Of a stretch of 64,000 bases of DNA, positions 42,749 through 58,419 are shown piece after piece (within the stretch, counting starts at the first letter, position 1; every line of letters starts with the position of its first letter). Source of the stretch: the human T2T-CHM13v2.0 reference genome, Homo sapiens; the NCBI RefSeq assembly GCF_009914755.1, contig NC_060927.1; one strand, 5' to 3'. The notes beneath the pieces were generated by a model that was not told the origin of the DNA, did not search any database, and saw nothing but the letters and a program-made list of their open reading frames with translations. Both the position numbers and the translations under genes were made by a program.

Positions 42749-43232
42749 CACATACAGTTTTTATGTATTTACCTCTCCTCTCATGTATTTGTTCCTTATG
42801 TCTGCTGTTCTTTGCTTTAAGCAATATCATTCTATGAAAGACAATGGATTGGGTCTTTATTTGTGTGCCAGCTCCAGGGCCTATGAATAATATTATGAAA
42901 CATACACCCAATTCTCTGGCAATAGCCTATTATTTAAAGAGATTTTTTTAAGGTATAGACCATTTTTACATATTAGTAAAATATATAATATTATACCATC
43001 ACAACATATTGGTAAATAACAATTACAACCGTATCTTTATTATTAAACCTTCTGTGTTGCAAAAAACCTCTGAAACTTTTTGTATAACCCTATCATGGAA
43101 AAACTACTCACTGTATATAATAATTACTATCATTCAGTATTATTTAAAAACATGAATAAACCTATGAAAAATATAGAATAAAAAGAGATCCTTGTAAAGG
43201 AAAAACAAAAAAGCTAACCATCCACCTAATAC

Positions 43233-43533
<301 letters not shown>

Positions 43534-43829
43534 TCTAATACTTTTATTCAAGGATTAATAAAGCCTTTTAATGCAATGATGTAATTGCATTTCAAGTTTC
43601 TTGAAACAATTTCTAAAATTTATAGCAATTTAGACAATAACTATTTATTAAACACTCACTACATGCTTATCCCACAATCCCTAAAATGTGATGGATATGC
43701 TGTCATACTTTTGGCACTGAGAAATTTTCTAAAAAATACAATTTTATTGACATATATTTAAACAGAATCTTTGGACATTAAGACTGTCTGCACAAAAATT
43801 TCTCTAAATTACTTTGTTAAAAATGTGAT

Positions 43830-44045
43830 AGAATTCAGTTAAACCTGAAATTTGGGTCAATATGATACCAACTAGCTGACTTTTGCCCAGTGAACCTACA
43901 TAGCTGCTCCATTTCTTCATCTCTAAAATGAGAATTATCATAATACTTATGTCATAGATAGGTTGTGAAGATTAAATAAAATCATGTGTTTAAGTATTTA
44001 GGATAGCACCTGGCACAGGGTAAAAACAATATGTTAACTATTTTT
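43830..44045 (+). mobile_element. MIR
   Basis: tttcttcatctctaaaatgagaatt...ggttgtgaagattaaat...cctggcaca. Confidence 0.75.
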
Positions 44046-44504
44046 ATTATGTATGTATTTAGAAGTTTCAAGTAATTCTAAACTTGACAATATTATTAGA
44101 ATTGCATTACAATTACTTGGGAAAATCACTCCAAACCAATTAATCTGAATCTATGAGGATAATTATAATGTGTAGCTAGAATTGAAAACCTGTGATGAAG
44201 ATATAGAAATTCAGCAGATTGGTGGCCCCTAAATGATTTGTTTTCGCTACTTCCTTGTGTCCTCCTAAAGCAAAGCTCAACTCAGTGATTTGCAGATAGT
44301 AGATGCTTAATCATCAAATAAAATGGAAAACTGCTAAATCTACCTCTTAGTTTGTATTGCACAAATTCTTAGTCTAAGTCTCTATACATGGTATAACATG
44401 TTCAGGGATGCATTTCTAGGCACTGTTCTAGGAATACCCTTTTGTTGTCTGTCAATTTGACATCTCTCTATTCATCTCTTCTTTGAGTACTATTCTTTGG
44501 GTAC

Positions 44505-44903
44505 TGTTATGGTACCCAAGATTATGTCCTCATATATTAAAGCCCTAACACCCAATGCCTGAGAATATGACCATATTTGGAGATAGGACCTACAAGTATT
44601 AGTTAAAATGAGCTGTTATCGTGGGCCATAATCTAATCTGATTAGCGTACTTCTAAGAAGAGAAATGTTGGAAACACAAAGAGACACCAGAGACATGCAT
44701 GCTCAGAGGAAAGATCATGTAAGTAGGGCATAGTAAGTAGGTAGAGATCTGCAAGCCAAGGAGAGAGGCCTCAGAAGAAACCAAGCCTGCCAATGCCTTG
44801 ATCTTAGACTTCTGGGCCCCGGAATTGTAAGGAAATGTATTTCTGTTGCTTAAGTCACTCAGTCTGTGGTACTCTGTTGGGACAGCCCTAGTAAACTATT
44901 ACA
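44505..44903 (+). mobile_element. MLT1 (A/B/C-type) MaLR solo LTR inserted in L2
   Basis: TG...CA ends; gagagaggcctcagaagaaacc, atttctgttgcttaag; 5-bp TSD ggtac/agtac; L2 3' end follows to about 45135. Confidence 0.85.
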
Positions 44904-45908
44904 AGTACGTTCATCTCTCCATCCCATTTATAGGCAGGGTTCCAGGCTCTCAATCTCACCCAAATGCCCTACCTTCCAGCATACTCTACAGTATATTGTA
45001 TTTATTTACATGTCTGATGGCCCACAAAACCGATTTCTTAGGCTAGGAATTATCTAATTTATCTTTGTCTAACCTAGCACCTATCATGTGCTTTGCGTGA
45101 TTGTTGAACGAGTGGGCGAATGAATGAATGAACCAATAAACACCTAAATGGCTACCAAGTCAAATGAAGGAATAAATGGAAGGGAAGCTACCATAACTGA
45201 ACCATTTCTGATTGCATCCAAATCATCCCTAGACTTGACATCTAGTGCCACAACCTAGTGCTGCTGATAAATATTCAAAGAAAAAGACAGAACAACACAC
45301 AATTCTATGATTTCTGGACTGCTATCAACTAAACCTACAAATAGTGTTTGCCTAAGATCTGCAAATCTTCCTTGGCTCCCGGTCCAAGGCAGAGGTATTG
45401 TTACTCTAATTCAGGCCAGTTGCATCCTTTCCACTTTGAAGACTGCAAAAGTCTTGCTGAGAGTCGAGAAGTTAGCCTGATAGGGTAGCCAGCTTTTTAA
45501 AACATTGATCCTTAAAAAATCTGTTTTTAAATAAAATTTCGTGGTAATCAAATGTGATACAGTCTAGATTGCCTTGATATGGAATTATGGAATTGTTGAT
45601 GAGCAATAACATTTTGGGCACAATGGCTTAGAACACAGTTTAAAGCCAAATAGAGTTCTAGCATGCCACCCCAGTATTATGGGCATTTTATAGTTACATC
45701 ACTCATTCATGGTACAAAAATCCAAAAGGTGGCCCTCAGGGGTTACTAGTAATGAAACAACAGAGAATTAAGATGAACCAACCAATTTAAATTTCACACT
45801 CTCCTCTGCTATAATTGAAAGGAACCGAGGTTGCAGAAGCTGTTTCAGAATCTTTTTTAAATACAAGGAAACGTTGTGAGCAGACATCTCATTTTTATTG
45901 GTACTTAC

Positions 45909-46138
45909 ATTCTGCATATGATTAAGCACAAACTTGCAAAGAATTAACCACTCCACCAACCCAATGGATCCGTTCTCAAACTTGCAGGAGGCGGGAGTGT
46001 TTGAAAGGGAAATGGGGGCTGGCGACCTGAAGCCCACTCCCTTGGGTCAGTGCATGCTGGGAGGGGAAATGAGCTACAGAGCAGACAATTTTCAGCATCA
46101 GTGGTTTTACTTTCTTTACCAGGCCTCACGAAAACACA
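45909..46138 (-). other. Candidate alternative exon (acceptor at 46139-46140; possible ends 46130, 46120 or 45909, or terminal)
   Basis: TGCATG...cattaattttgtgtcctttgttttgtcAG|TGTGTTTTCGTGAGG; donors TTC|GTGAGG, CTG|GTAAAG and AAT|GTAAGT. Confidence 0.3.
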
Positions 46139-49100
46139 CTGACAAAACAAAGGACACAAAATTAATGACCCATGCATTCTGTCAATTGACTCTTAGTAGC
46201 AGTGGCCAGTTCACCTTAATTTTTTTGTTCGCATTGAACATGTAGCCCAAGGCACTGGTTAAGGTTCACTTAAGAATTCTTCAAAGGCATCACTTGGTTT
46301 TCATTAATTTGTTAACTGTAACTTCTCCTTTCTGCTGAGGAACCCGCATACCAAGTGAAGACCTTTATGCAAAATGTAGAAACAAAAGGCATATGTTTGA
46401 CCAACCAGCTTTTCTCTTGTTTCTCGAGCAATCATGTCTCACTCGTTAATATTAGAGAAAATTATACCCATCAGATTTTTCTAGCATGTAAAATATATTT
46501 AAACCTTCTCAGAAATTCAAATGTCAACTCTCCGTTATTGTAGGGGAATAAGTAACACTGTAGTTTATTATGTCTGTGAGTAATTATTTCCTAATTATTC
46601 CTGTGGTTGTTAACCATGATTTTTGATGAAATTCAATTTGAGTATGCATGAACTATGGCCAACTAACTGAAATTTAAGGATTAACAAAAAAGCAGTATGA
46701 ATTCAAAAAAAGGTATAAATGGAAATTTGTATTTACATATCTGTACAAAGATTACACCACCCTTAAGATGATGGTAACTTTTTGCATTTAAGTTTTCTTT
46801 CACTTTCTGGCCAGCATTTTGAGAATAGAGTAAATGTTTCCACTTGTTCAAAACTCACAAAGAAGATTCATCTCTACGATAATTTTGGTAAATTTGCTAA
46901 AATGTTGAACAGGTTTTCAAGAATGCATAACTAATAAACACTGAAGCACCGATGGCAGTGTCTGAATTTTCTTCATCAAGTGTAAAACAAGAATACAGGA
47001 TGAGGCAACAGTTGCTTTCAAGCCTCAGGAGAAGTTAGCAATTTTAACATTTCTATTCTTAAGAAAAGAGTATCAAGAAAGTTCTAAGAGTGAAGGAGTC
47101 TACTCTGGGGACATTTGGTAGTTTTTAGCAAAGGAAATGGATCCCATGAAGCAAATGTATCATTCCTTTCTATAAACTTCTCAAACAGTTATAAAATATG
47201 ATAGCAATGCTTGGTTGGTACAAGTTTGAGTTAGTTGGATCTGTCAGCATTTCCATTACAAATCCTTGATTTTCAAGGTTTTATAGTTCAGCTGTGAAAA
47301 GTTTCTTTAGAAAGAAAGTTGGCAAGGTGGTCTTTGCTAGGGGGTTTATCAAATTGAACAAATCTTTGTTTAGTTATCTCTCAGTTCTGTGAGCCGAAGT
47401 CTACTCCCAGCTAGACATGCCAAACTTCCAGCGACTTGAATGCCAGAGACAGGCTTTTTCTCTCTTTAAATTCACACCACAAGAGCTTCTCTTATTCTTG
47501 ATTCAGAAGCCGCCAGGACCCAGCTCATATCCTGTGTAACCCAGTGGGAGAGGAGCCACATCATATGTAACCCTGTAGGACATATGAATTCAGTCTTGGC
47601 CAAGTGTCTCCAGCATGAAATGTGGACCGCACTACAGAGAGACTTGGAACTTTGGAATATGTGTATAATTAAAATGTAGGCACATCACACTACTGCTTGC
47701 AAAGTGAAGTGGTGTTCATTTATTAAAAGCCCCGTCGACTGTGGAAGTGTGAATGTGTTTCAGGGCAGTTCTGACTACTCAGAATAGGAATCTATTGCTG
47801 CATTGCTTTTAAAGAAATAGGTGGAAAAAAGATAATCCAAACCATATATTACAATGTAATATACAGATAATACAAACATGTATTCTATACCCATTGTATA
47901 GTTTTTAGATGTACATTTATTTTATTGAGGTTATGGTGTTGGAAATTTATATAAACTGTTTTTGATCAGAGGTGGATAGAAGGTCATTTCAATCGAATCA
48001 AATGTAAAATTACACTATCATAAATGTACAAAAAATTTAGGAGAGATGGCTCTGGGCAAGATGATATAAGAGTTCATTTTAAAACTCTGTCTATTAAAAT
48101 GTTTTGTAAAATATCAATACATGCAGCAACTTTAATGTAAAGTTATTTATTTATATATACTAGCCTAGATATCTTTGACAAATAAGAGTATAAATCAAAC
48201 AAAAATTCTTCACAAAATGAGCTTTAAATTTGAGATGGGGGAGAAGATATGCATTTAGATAAGCATAATAAAAGATAAAAATCCTCAGCATCCAAAAAGA
48301 AGAACAGAAAGTGTGTTCTGGTAGGTTAGAAAACGGAGATTTATGGGATATGACCAAGTACATATTCATATTAATAAAGTTCTATGATAATATAGTAAAA
48401 TAGTTAACTATAGTAGCATTCAAATATTTTATTTTATATATAACAAATATTTATAAAAATAATTTATACTTATATAAATATTGTATCTATATATTTAAAT
48501 GTGACATCTATTGAATTAAAAATGCAATCAAGTCTTAGGCTAATTGTTTCATTAGTAAAAGTCTACACTTTTACTGGGAAATCTGACACACCAAACCTGT
48601 TAGAATATGGAACTACAAGTTTATGCGGTCAGGCTAGCCAGCCCACAGAGGCACTAAAGGACACCACATGTCGAATTCAGGTGTCATCAGTGGTTTTAGA
48701 AAGGCAAAGCCCCATCAAAAGGCTTTTGTAGACAACAGGCTAGCAGATGGCTAAAGCCAGATATGGTTTGGGTTTGTTCAATATCTTACTCTATTCTCAA
48801 ACTTTGGATTTGGCAAAACCAAAACCATATTTTGCCAAGTCCTTTCTTCCTTAATTCTTAAGCCCATGTGCATTTCAGTAAAATTTAACCCATATGTTTC
48901 TTATTCTTTAATACTTAACTCATCAAATATTTTTCTATAAGATCCATTTGACATTCAAAAGCCTTGTGAGTCTTAAAGCTCTGGATTTTTAGCTATTTTT
49001 TAAAATTAGGAGTTCTTAGCTTCCTCTGGAAAACAGGAAGTTGAATTCTGCCAAGCATAAATAAATGTGAACATGAATACAATAGGTTAATCCAACACCA

Positions 49101-52100
49101 AAAGATTGAATTTGGTTGGAAATAGCAACAATGCTCACTATATTTTTACAATATGCCTTTCTGAATCTGTCTGCACCTAGACAGTGACTGACATAATTTA
49201 AATCTAATGTAATGAACTTCACTAATGCTGACCAACAAAGGGATCAAGAAATATCTCTAGCGTGTAACTAAAGGAATTCTCAGCAAACCCATTTGTAAAA
49301 CAAGCCACTGCTGTTTAGTTCTTTTTTTTTTTTTCTTGAGCTATTCGACTTCTTTTCCTAAAAGTTGTTTTGAATACACAGCAATAGAAAACATATTAAT
49401 TACCATGACCTTAGAGTTATATATTTATCAGTAAGGAGCACATGTATTTATGTATTATATATTTATTCTGAAAATAAGATGCAAGCTTCAGAATGAAAAG
49501 TATAAGATACATGCTTCTGAATAAGACACATGTATCAGAATAAATACATACTTATGAGATACATCTATATATACTTCATATGATTTTTTGAATGTATATA
49601 TTTGCAGAACACTTTTTTCCCCAGAAAGAAAAGGAAAACAATGATAATTTTTATAATGGCTTAACACAATTTCATGCCATCATATAAAGTCAACATAAAT
49701 GCATTTAGAAAAGGAACCCTAACAAAAGAGTAATGAAATGATCTACCCTAATCATATTTATACTTCTTTGTACCCCAACTACATTTAACACATCTAGGCT
49801 TGAAGTGGGTGCTCATTTCATTCTTATTAGATTAAATTGAATTGAATCCAATAGCATAATTGATGACTCATATCATGATGATCCAAAGAATAATGACACT
49901 GTTATTCCTATGAAATATTTAAGAATTTCTTGTCAAAACCACTTGTATTAGTTATTTCTCCTAACAATCATGTGATGCCCTTTTAAAAAATGACTTGAAA
50001 TTCTCTCTTCTGAGTTCCCATGGGCACCAGGGTACATTCTGTTATAAGACTTAGCATATTGTTTGGACGGGATGTGAAAATCTTGGCATTAACATCTATA
50101 ATCAACCAGAAGATGTCATTGGGAAGCAAAATAAAGGTTGAAATCTATGTCGTAGGGAGTCAGTCTAGCACATCCAAGTAGCACATCCACATTCCTTTCA
50201 TGAGTGAAATCCCATGAATGGATATCAACAGAGTTGGTCCCTAAACCTGAGAACTGACTTTCAGCTTTTGCTCTAGCCCTGTTCTCTGAGATTCTCAAGC
50301 CAAGAAATGGTCCAAGAATCTCTTCTACCTAAGGCAGCAGACACTCATTCATTCATTCAACAAATGCTAGTGAGCACCTACTTTGTTACAGGCACTCTTT
50401 ATGACAAAAGTTCATGTCATCTTGAAGCTTACATTCTAGTGATTTTTACTATCTTAACAAACCATTTTCTCAGGGGGAAAAACCACAGTTTCTGTACATT
50501 TTATGTTTCTTGTAACAGGAATGCACGTTGAATTATAATTTCCTAAACTTTCATGTTAAATATTTGACATTGTTTTCAACAAGTTCTGTTCATGACAAAT
50601 GAGATAATATTACTCTCAGATAACCCCTAAAATAAGGTATAAAAAGGAAAAAGATATTTCTTTCAATTTTCATGAAGAAATGAGAAAAAATCTGGAAAAC
50701 ATTCCAAAAATCTTAGAATTTTAGGGCAATAATCAAAGTTAGAAGTGGACAGAGAACTAATCAATGGTACAAACAGAAGGGCAGGATGATAGATATAGAA
50801 GTGGTGTTGGAGTTTATCTGGTTCTAGCAACAGCAAAAACAGGATCCATGAAGGCTCTTCTTCTGCTTAATGCATAGCTTGAACTGCTGCTAGCCGACCA
50901 TGGAGCATGGCCACCACTTCCAAAATATTCTAAAGGATCAGAGGTCTACCAAAGGAAAGGATGCACAAACACTGAAACCTGTTTGACATTCCCAATAATC
51001 CAATTCCTTCAGGTTTAGATAATTTGCCCAAAGTTACTCAGTTACTATCTCTTCACATTGCTTGCATAGACTTTTGTAATTGACAGAAGTATACTGCTTA
51101 TAGGAGGAAGAGAAAAGAGAGTTGATATCCACCAAGTATCCATGACACCGAGCCGGTACAGTACCATATTTCACTAATATACCAATTTTGTGAGCTGAGT
51201 AGTATCCATTTTATAAATCAGGAGCCTATGCAGTCCTTCCTAGTCATATGCCATCTCTAAACTGGTTAAAAAACAATACAAAACAAAACCTGGAGACTTC
51301 ATTTTTTTCTCTGTGCTTGTGTTAGCCTTCCTAGGCACTAGACACAGGGACCCTCTCATAGCGAGGAACATAGGTAAACGTAGATTATTGGATAAAAGAA
51401 AACGTGTGGCTCAGGGGTAGTCTCGGTGATCAGCCTGTTTATATTTCTGTTTCCTTCCAAAGTAAATAAGTTAAAGGCATGAAATACTTTGACATCATTA
51501 TAAGTAAGATGCTATTTTAGAAGTTTCAAATAACCTGGTCTTCATTCATTATGACAGCACAGACTTTATTGGTCAAGTTCCTTACAATCATCAAGTGTTT
51601 GCATCAAAATCTTGCACTGTTATGACAACCATCTTCACATACTACTGACTTCTGTATTGTGGCTTAAACATAAATTCTCACTTTCTGAAGACATCCAGCT
51701 GGAAAGGCCACTTCAACTGCCAAGACGATGTTCCACAATTTCCACATCTGCTTTAGCAACTCTGTCACAGGCTCATTACTAATTTTTTAATCCATTTTTA
51801 AAGATCATTTTGTTAAGTATACACCCAAGATAGATTTTTATTTATGAATGGCTTCAAGTTATAGATGAAACATGCCTGTACTTTACTCTTTTCCTGCCTT
51901 TCTCAATGATTTGACATTATGACTAAATTTAAGTGTTCTCAAAAAAAATTTGAAAGATAATTAACCTATTTTAAATATTCATTCTCTGGTTTTTCTAGAA
52001 TTCTGTCAGAAAAGTCTTCAAAAATACTTAGCTTCCTCTAGTTTCAAATCAAACCAATATAAATAATGGGTAGAATTACTAACCTGCAGGGAATGTCATC

Positions 52101-53869
52101 CTAAATTTCCTGGCGCTGGCTATGTAACTGTATGCATGACTGGTGTATTTACTGGAGGCAGTATATACTGTATAATGTTCCCCAAAAACTCATGTAACTA
52201 ATGCAATATGATAACCACTAGGGTGCTACTGTGACGTAAAGGATATATTACCATTTTTTCCAATTCAAACAAGAAAAAAAAAAAAACAGTCTGCCTTAAT
52301 GGCCCTGCCCTCTAAATAAATACATTGCCTGCTCTACTGAACTTAAAATTCAAGGTTATATATGTCATCCTGAAGTAAAAATAATTCTGTGGGATACACT
52401 TTCCAGCACCAAGATATTATTTGATTCTTTGATCAATTATTTCTAACAGTCATTTCAAAGGTCTAAATGGCCATGACTTTTACTAGGAGAACGTAAAATA
52501 AAAATGAGCCTTCAATAACACAGATTTCAAGTGGGCAAAAGATGGAGTTAGTCCAAGAGGTAACACATCTCCTTCGGGAGATGCTGGATGTTGGTTACTA
52601 TCAACGTGTTTTAAGCTGGATCCAGTAGATACACTCAGTCATCAGTAGAAAAAGGTTCAGTGAAGAGAGGTCCTGAGCCATAGGACAGGAAAGATGCCTG
52701 GGCACATCTAGCTCCCTGCTCCTACCTTCTCATATGCCCATTTCCATGATTTTTCAGATGTGGAAACTGAGGCCAACAGCTGTAATTTCCCAGGGTCCCA
52801 GTCATTGTAGAGTAGGCATAGAGCCATCTCCTAACTTCCGAGAGGGCAAGATGCTGATTCTTCTGAAATAAGTTTTAGAATAGGAAAGCTAGAGCTGAGC
52901 AAACAGAAACAGCTTCATGGCAGGCTGCCAGGAAGACAGACAGCACAAAGATGATGGATGTAAGAAAAACAACTTGTAAGTGGTCCAAAAATGAGAATCC
53001 TGTTGGTTTTTCGAAAATACTGTAGTTTTTTAAAAATTCAATTAAAATAATATCCATGTTTAAAAGAAAAAAGAATGAGCAAAACAAGGTAAATATAAAT
53101 AGATTGGTGTACATGTACCTAAGCTTTCAGCGGAGGCTACAAATATACATTATAAGCACCAAAGAGTGTCAAGAGCATTTTAAGAAATTGGTCATCCCTT
53201 TCCACTTTGTGAGTAATACTTGGGAATGGGATAAAAAATAATAATAATAGCCTCTAGGGAATGTTCAAAGATGAGGTAATTTGCATGTGTCTTCCAGAAA
53301 ACATTAAGCATATCCTTCTCCTCTGCCAGGATAATTTTGAATTTCTGGCATTAAAACTTAAATTCTCTACCAAAATTGACCAATCTCCTGTTACCACTCT
53401 ATATTTATGTTGGTGTAACAGTTTATTCTATGCAGTATTAGACTGAGGCTAGTCACCTATTTAATCTTCACATTTTTATTCAAGGTCTTATTGAAGAAAA
53501 TCCCCAAATTCTGTGAAATTTTTGCACAGTTTTTAGGTTCTAATTCTTCCTACTTTGGGGCTATGGCAACTCAGCCAAGGAGGGCAAAAGTGATTGCTTC
53601 TCTAGAGAAAACTTGGATATATAAGTTTATCACCTTTTTCTTTCCCTTTTTTCCATCGGGCACATAATAATTTGGCCTTTCCTCAACCATCAAGTAAAAC
53701 CCGTGAGCTGTGGAGGAGCTGCCGTAATGGTGTGGATAAATGCTTCCACTTCGTTTAGAGATGTAACCTATATATTAACTATTGATAGAAGCCTATGTTG
53801 ATATCTCATTTCAAGATAGCAGTGTAACCCCCAAATACAAGCAAAGAACATGCAGTGTAAGAAAAAGTA

Positions 53870-54170
53870 GCCGGGCATGGCGGCGCATGCCCGCAATATC
53901 AGCACTTTGGGAGGCCAAGGCAGGCGGATAACTTTAGGTCAAGGGTTTGAGACCAGCCTGACCAACATGGCGAAACCCCATCTCTACTAAAAATACAAAA
54001 ATTGGCTGGGCTGGTGGTGCGCTCCTGTAATCCCAGCTACTCAGGAGTTCGAGGCAGAAGAATCACTTGAACCCGGGAGACAGAGGTTGCACTGAGCCAA
54101 GATCGCGCCACTGCTCTCCAGCCTGGGTGACAGAGAAAGACTCCATCACAAAAAAAGGAAAAGAAAGAAA
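53870..54170 (+). mobile_element. AluS
   Basis: Full dimer; TSD aagaaaaagtag 53859-53870 / 54171-54182. Confidence 0.95.
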
Positions 54171-55375
54171 AAGAAAAAGTAGATTCCAGAAAATGTATGA
54201 CAAATACATTGGGAAAGAACTATAGAACTATAGAAAGATCTGGAAAACCAGAGATTAGAACTAGAAGTGATTTTGGAATTTATTTACTTGCAATAACCTT
54301 CATTTTACAGTTTGGAAACTGAAGCCCAGGAGGTGAAGCAAGTTACCCAAGTCATAGGTTATTTTCTTTTATTCATTTTTTTAAAAAGATGAATCCATTA
54401 GTATTTCTATTACTGTTCTTCTAAATTCTGAGTCAATTGCCATGTTAAACTGTGGAGTAACCACTCCTGCTCTAAGCCCTTCATCAAACTCTTCTTGGCT
54501 CCTTTCTCTGACCTCTGTGCTTCTGAGGTGTCATTGTTGTTAGTTAGCAGCTGACTTCTACCTTTTAGATAATGCTTACTTCAGGAATTATGTCTCGCTG
54601 TCTGAAAACTGAAGATACACTCATCCCAAATTTCTGTGAATGGAGAGTGATCAGTAGGCTGTATTTTTCAAAGTCACTAAATAAAAGTGTTGTTACAAAC
54701 ATTTTAAGTACCTCCACTGCCCTAACACCCATCAAGTCACTTGGAGGTATTTAAGGTTAATAATATCGACTATTATCTGTGTTCAGTTAAAAGTGCCTTC
54801 ACATTGTATTCACATGTTTAATCTCATGTAACTCTTAAAATAACCAAATAAAGTGGTCATTTCTAGCATTTCTGTTTTACAGATGAGACTCAGGTCACAT
54901 GCTGAACACTGACAATACAACATCTATGGTTTTGCATCCCAAATCTCAGGCTCTCGACTCTATCATGAATATGTAGTCCTTTAAGCTTAAATAGTGAGTT
55001 TCTAGAGCTGATGCCATTTTTAATGAAGGACTGCCCTAATGAGTTTTATTATATTTAACAGACAACACTATGTGGCCAAGGTGGCCAAGACAGAAGCCAG
55101 GACAAAAAGAAAAAGGGCCCAATTTTTTTTTTTAAGTGTGGATTGTTTTCTCTTGGAAAAACAATTTGGGTTGTCCTAACAGCTGCCACTTTACAACTGT
55201 TCATAGTTAAATCACTTCCTCCTACATGTCTGAAGATACCGACACCGGCTCAAATCTTACGTTATACAGTATGACTGGCTTGAAGATCAGGCCTAAGGGC
55301 ATCATTTAGTGCTATGCTTACGCTTCTGGATTCTATTAGGATCATACTTTATTTCTTCTGGCCAAATATTTTCTG

Positions 55376-55665
55376 GGCCAGGCACAGTGGCTCACACCTG
55401 TAATTCCAGCACTTTGGGAGCCCAAGCACTTTGCTTCAGCCCAGGTGTTTGAGACCAGCCTGGGCAACATAGCAAGACCCCATCTCTAAAAAAATAATTA
55501 AAAAAAAATTTTGCCTGACACAGTGGCACACACCTGTAGTTCCAGCCACTCGGGAGGCTGAGGCAGGTGGATCACAGGACCCCAGAAGGTCAAGCTGCAG
55601 TGAGCCATAATTAGGCCACTACAGTCCAGCCTGGGCAACAGAGTAATACCCTGTCTCAAAAAAAC
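55376..55665 (+). mobile_element. AluJ
   Basis: cagcccaggtgtttgagaccagcctgggcaacatagc; TSD atattttctg 55366-55375 / 55666-55675. Confidence 0.93.
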
Positions 55666-55754
55666 ATATTTTCTGCTTTCTCATTGGAGGGCTTACTTGA
55701 GTCCAGAGCATATTGACTAAAAGCATTCAACGAAGAATGTGTTTGCTGAAAGCA

Positions 55755-55990
55755 GGGTGATATGTTGATGTTGAGTAAGTCTATAGCCCCTGGAGTCTGA
55801 CAGTGTGGGCTTGAATCCCAACTTCACAAATCACTTGTTGTGTGATCTTGGTCAAATTTGTTAATCTCTTTCTGACCCAGTTTCCTCCCCTGCAAAATGG
55901 GTTCTTATGAAGGATTAATGAGTTAATGCATATAAAGTGCTTAGAGTAGTGACTGACACAGAGCAACGATTTAAATGTTAACTATTATGA
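55755..55990 (+). mobile_element. MIR
   Basis: ctggagtctgac...tgtgtgatcttgg...cagtttcctcccctgcaaaatggg. Confidence 0.85.
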
Positions 55991-57306
55991 CTGAAAGTAG
56001 GTACAAAATGGGGGAAATGTTCATTAATCTCTAATTTTAATTTCTTATTAGTGGGTATTAATAGGTTCGTGTCCCTTTATTTTTAGATAATATTGGACTC
56101 CCTGACATTTGGTCCACTAAAAGCTTTAGTTATATTGGTGCCAAAATTGGCTAGACTTACTCATCATATTTTAAAATTTACCTTTTTAAAAAAATATACC
56201 CAGTAACCAGAGTTCTAAAGAACTTACATTAAAACTAACAAATAAAACTCATCTGTTGTAATATGTTCATTTTCATTAAAAAGACATCAGTCTGCTTTGT
56301 GCTTGCATTAGAAATAGAACTTAATCTCTGACAGGCGTTTCTCATTTTCCAGTTATTCTCTAAGGAGCATATGTTGGCAAGCATGCAATGATTTTTTTTT
56401 TTTTTTTGGCTCTGCACTGTGGTTGCAAATGGTGTCATTGTTCTTGGTTAAATCTGCGAAAAGTAAGCCTACCCCTCTCATTTTTTGGCTTCACGCTAAA
56501 GTAGCCTTTATGGCAAAGAACTGCATGAGTTTATCAGTCTCCGTTCACTGCCCATATTCCAACATGATCAAAGGCTGCTAAAATAGCCATACATTGAGCT
56601 TTGTTTTCTCCCTTCTCAGTTTCTGCACTTGTCGAGAATGATAATATATGTTGGAATAAAATCTAGATTTTTCTACTTTTGGGTCAATATAGGAGCTTCT
56701 GAGAGAAATAAAACAGGATAAATATTTATCCCTAAAGTTCTTTGCAGGCAGGAGAAACAGATTTAGTTGTCACTTGTCAATGAATATCATCACTGAATAT
56801 TTAAAAGTTATACTTCAGACAAGTATTTAATCATTAATGAAATCATGGCATTTATCGTATGTCAAAATTCAGTGCATAGATTGGAGATTAGTTCTAGTGA
56901 TTCCAGAAATACAAGAAAGGAACAATGAAAACCATTCCATGATAATAGAGCACTTTTTTTTCTAAGTAGTTGGTTTATTCATCCCCTTCATGATCGTGGT
57001 TGCATAATAAAGTTGCCTCTCAAGTTGTTTCTTTACACATAGTGTAAAAGTTAATAGCCTCTGTTTGAGATGTTATATCCTAAAGATAAAATAAATGTAA
57101 TTTTACATTACTGTAAGGGACAAACTGATATTCTAAAAGATAAAAATATTTTTTTCTTTATTAATACATCTAAATTATTTTTCTTTAGTTTTTATTTGGG
57201 AATAGATTTTAAAATACATGGAGCACTATATTTATTGACTAATTGTGCCTCATACCAAATGATTCATGTGAGATGTTTATAGTTCTGTATAAATTAGCCA
57301 CAATTA

Positions 57307-57631
<325 letters not shown>

Positions 57632-57720
57632 AAGAAGAAGAAGAAGGAGAAGGAGAAGGAGAAGGAGAAGGAGAAAAGAAGAAGAAGAAGAGGAAGAAGA
57701 AGACGACAAAAGAAGAAGAA
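57632..57720 (+). repeat. (GAA)n/(GGAGAA)n polypurine microsatellite replacing the Alu tail
   Basis: 72 consecutive purines at 57632-57703. Confidence 0.95.
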
Positions 57721-58419
57721 TATGTCAGTGATACAGTGCCCGTGGTCCTAACCACTTGCTGGGCAGTGCCCACCTGTGTGTTTTTATGCTTACAAATGCA
57801 GAAGTACAGACAGGCACATTCATTTTCTAAATACTGACTCAACATGCTATCTGTAGCTACAAAGAGGCCATTTTAACAGAAGCAATTGCCCCTAGTCTTT
57901 GCAGGAAAAAGAAAGTGGGACTGAGTCCTTTACAAGTTCTGTAATTTGCTCAAATGTTTATGGAACGTCTACCCTGTGCCACGCCCCAATCTAGGAGCTT
58001 GGAATAAACTAATGGACACGAGCCAAGAAAAATTAGCTGCTCTCAATGAGCTTACATTCTGACTTCTAATAGTAACATCCTGATTTTTAAAATAAAGCTT
58101 TGCCACTTTTGGACAAAGACTGTTGCTAACCAATAGCATTTTAATAATAACAATATACCTTAATTTCAAAGAACACTGGCACATATTTTGGTATTTGATT
58201 CTCACAACAGGAGAATAAGGCTTTGCGCCTAAAATGCCCTTCCTGACCAAACTCTTACTCAAATGTAAAAGCTCAGCTAAAATGTCTCCTCTGGGAAGCC
58301 CTCCCTAATTCCTCATGCAATCAGTTTTATGTTACACAAGATGCTTCTCAGATATCAAGAAAAAGTTGTCTCAAATTTTCCCATACTGTATCAATTCCTA
58401 CATTTACTCATCTCATTCC

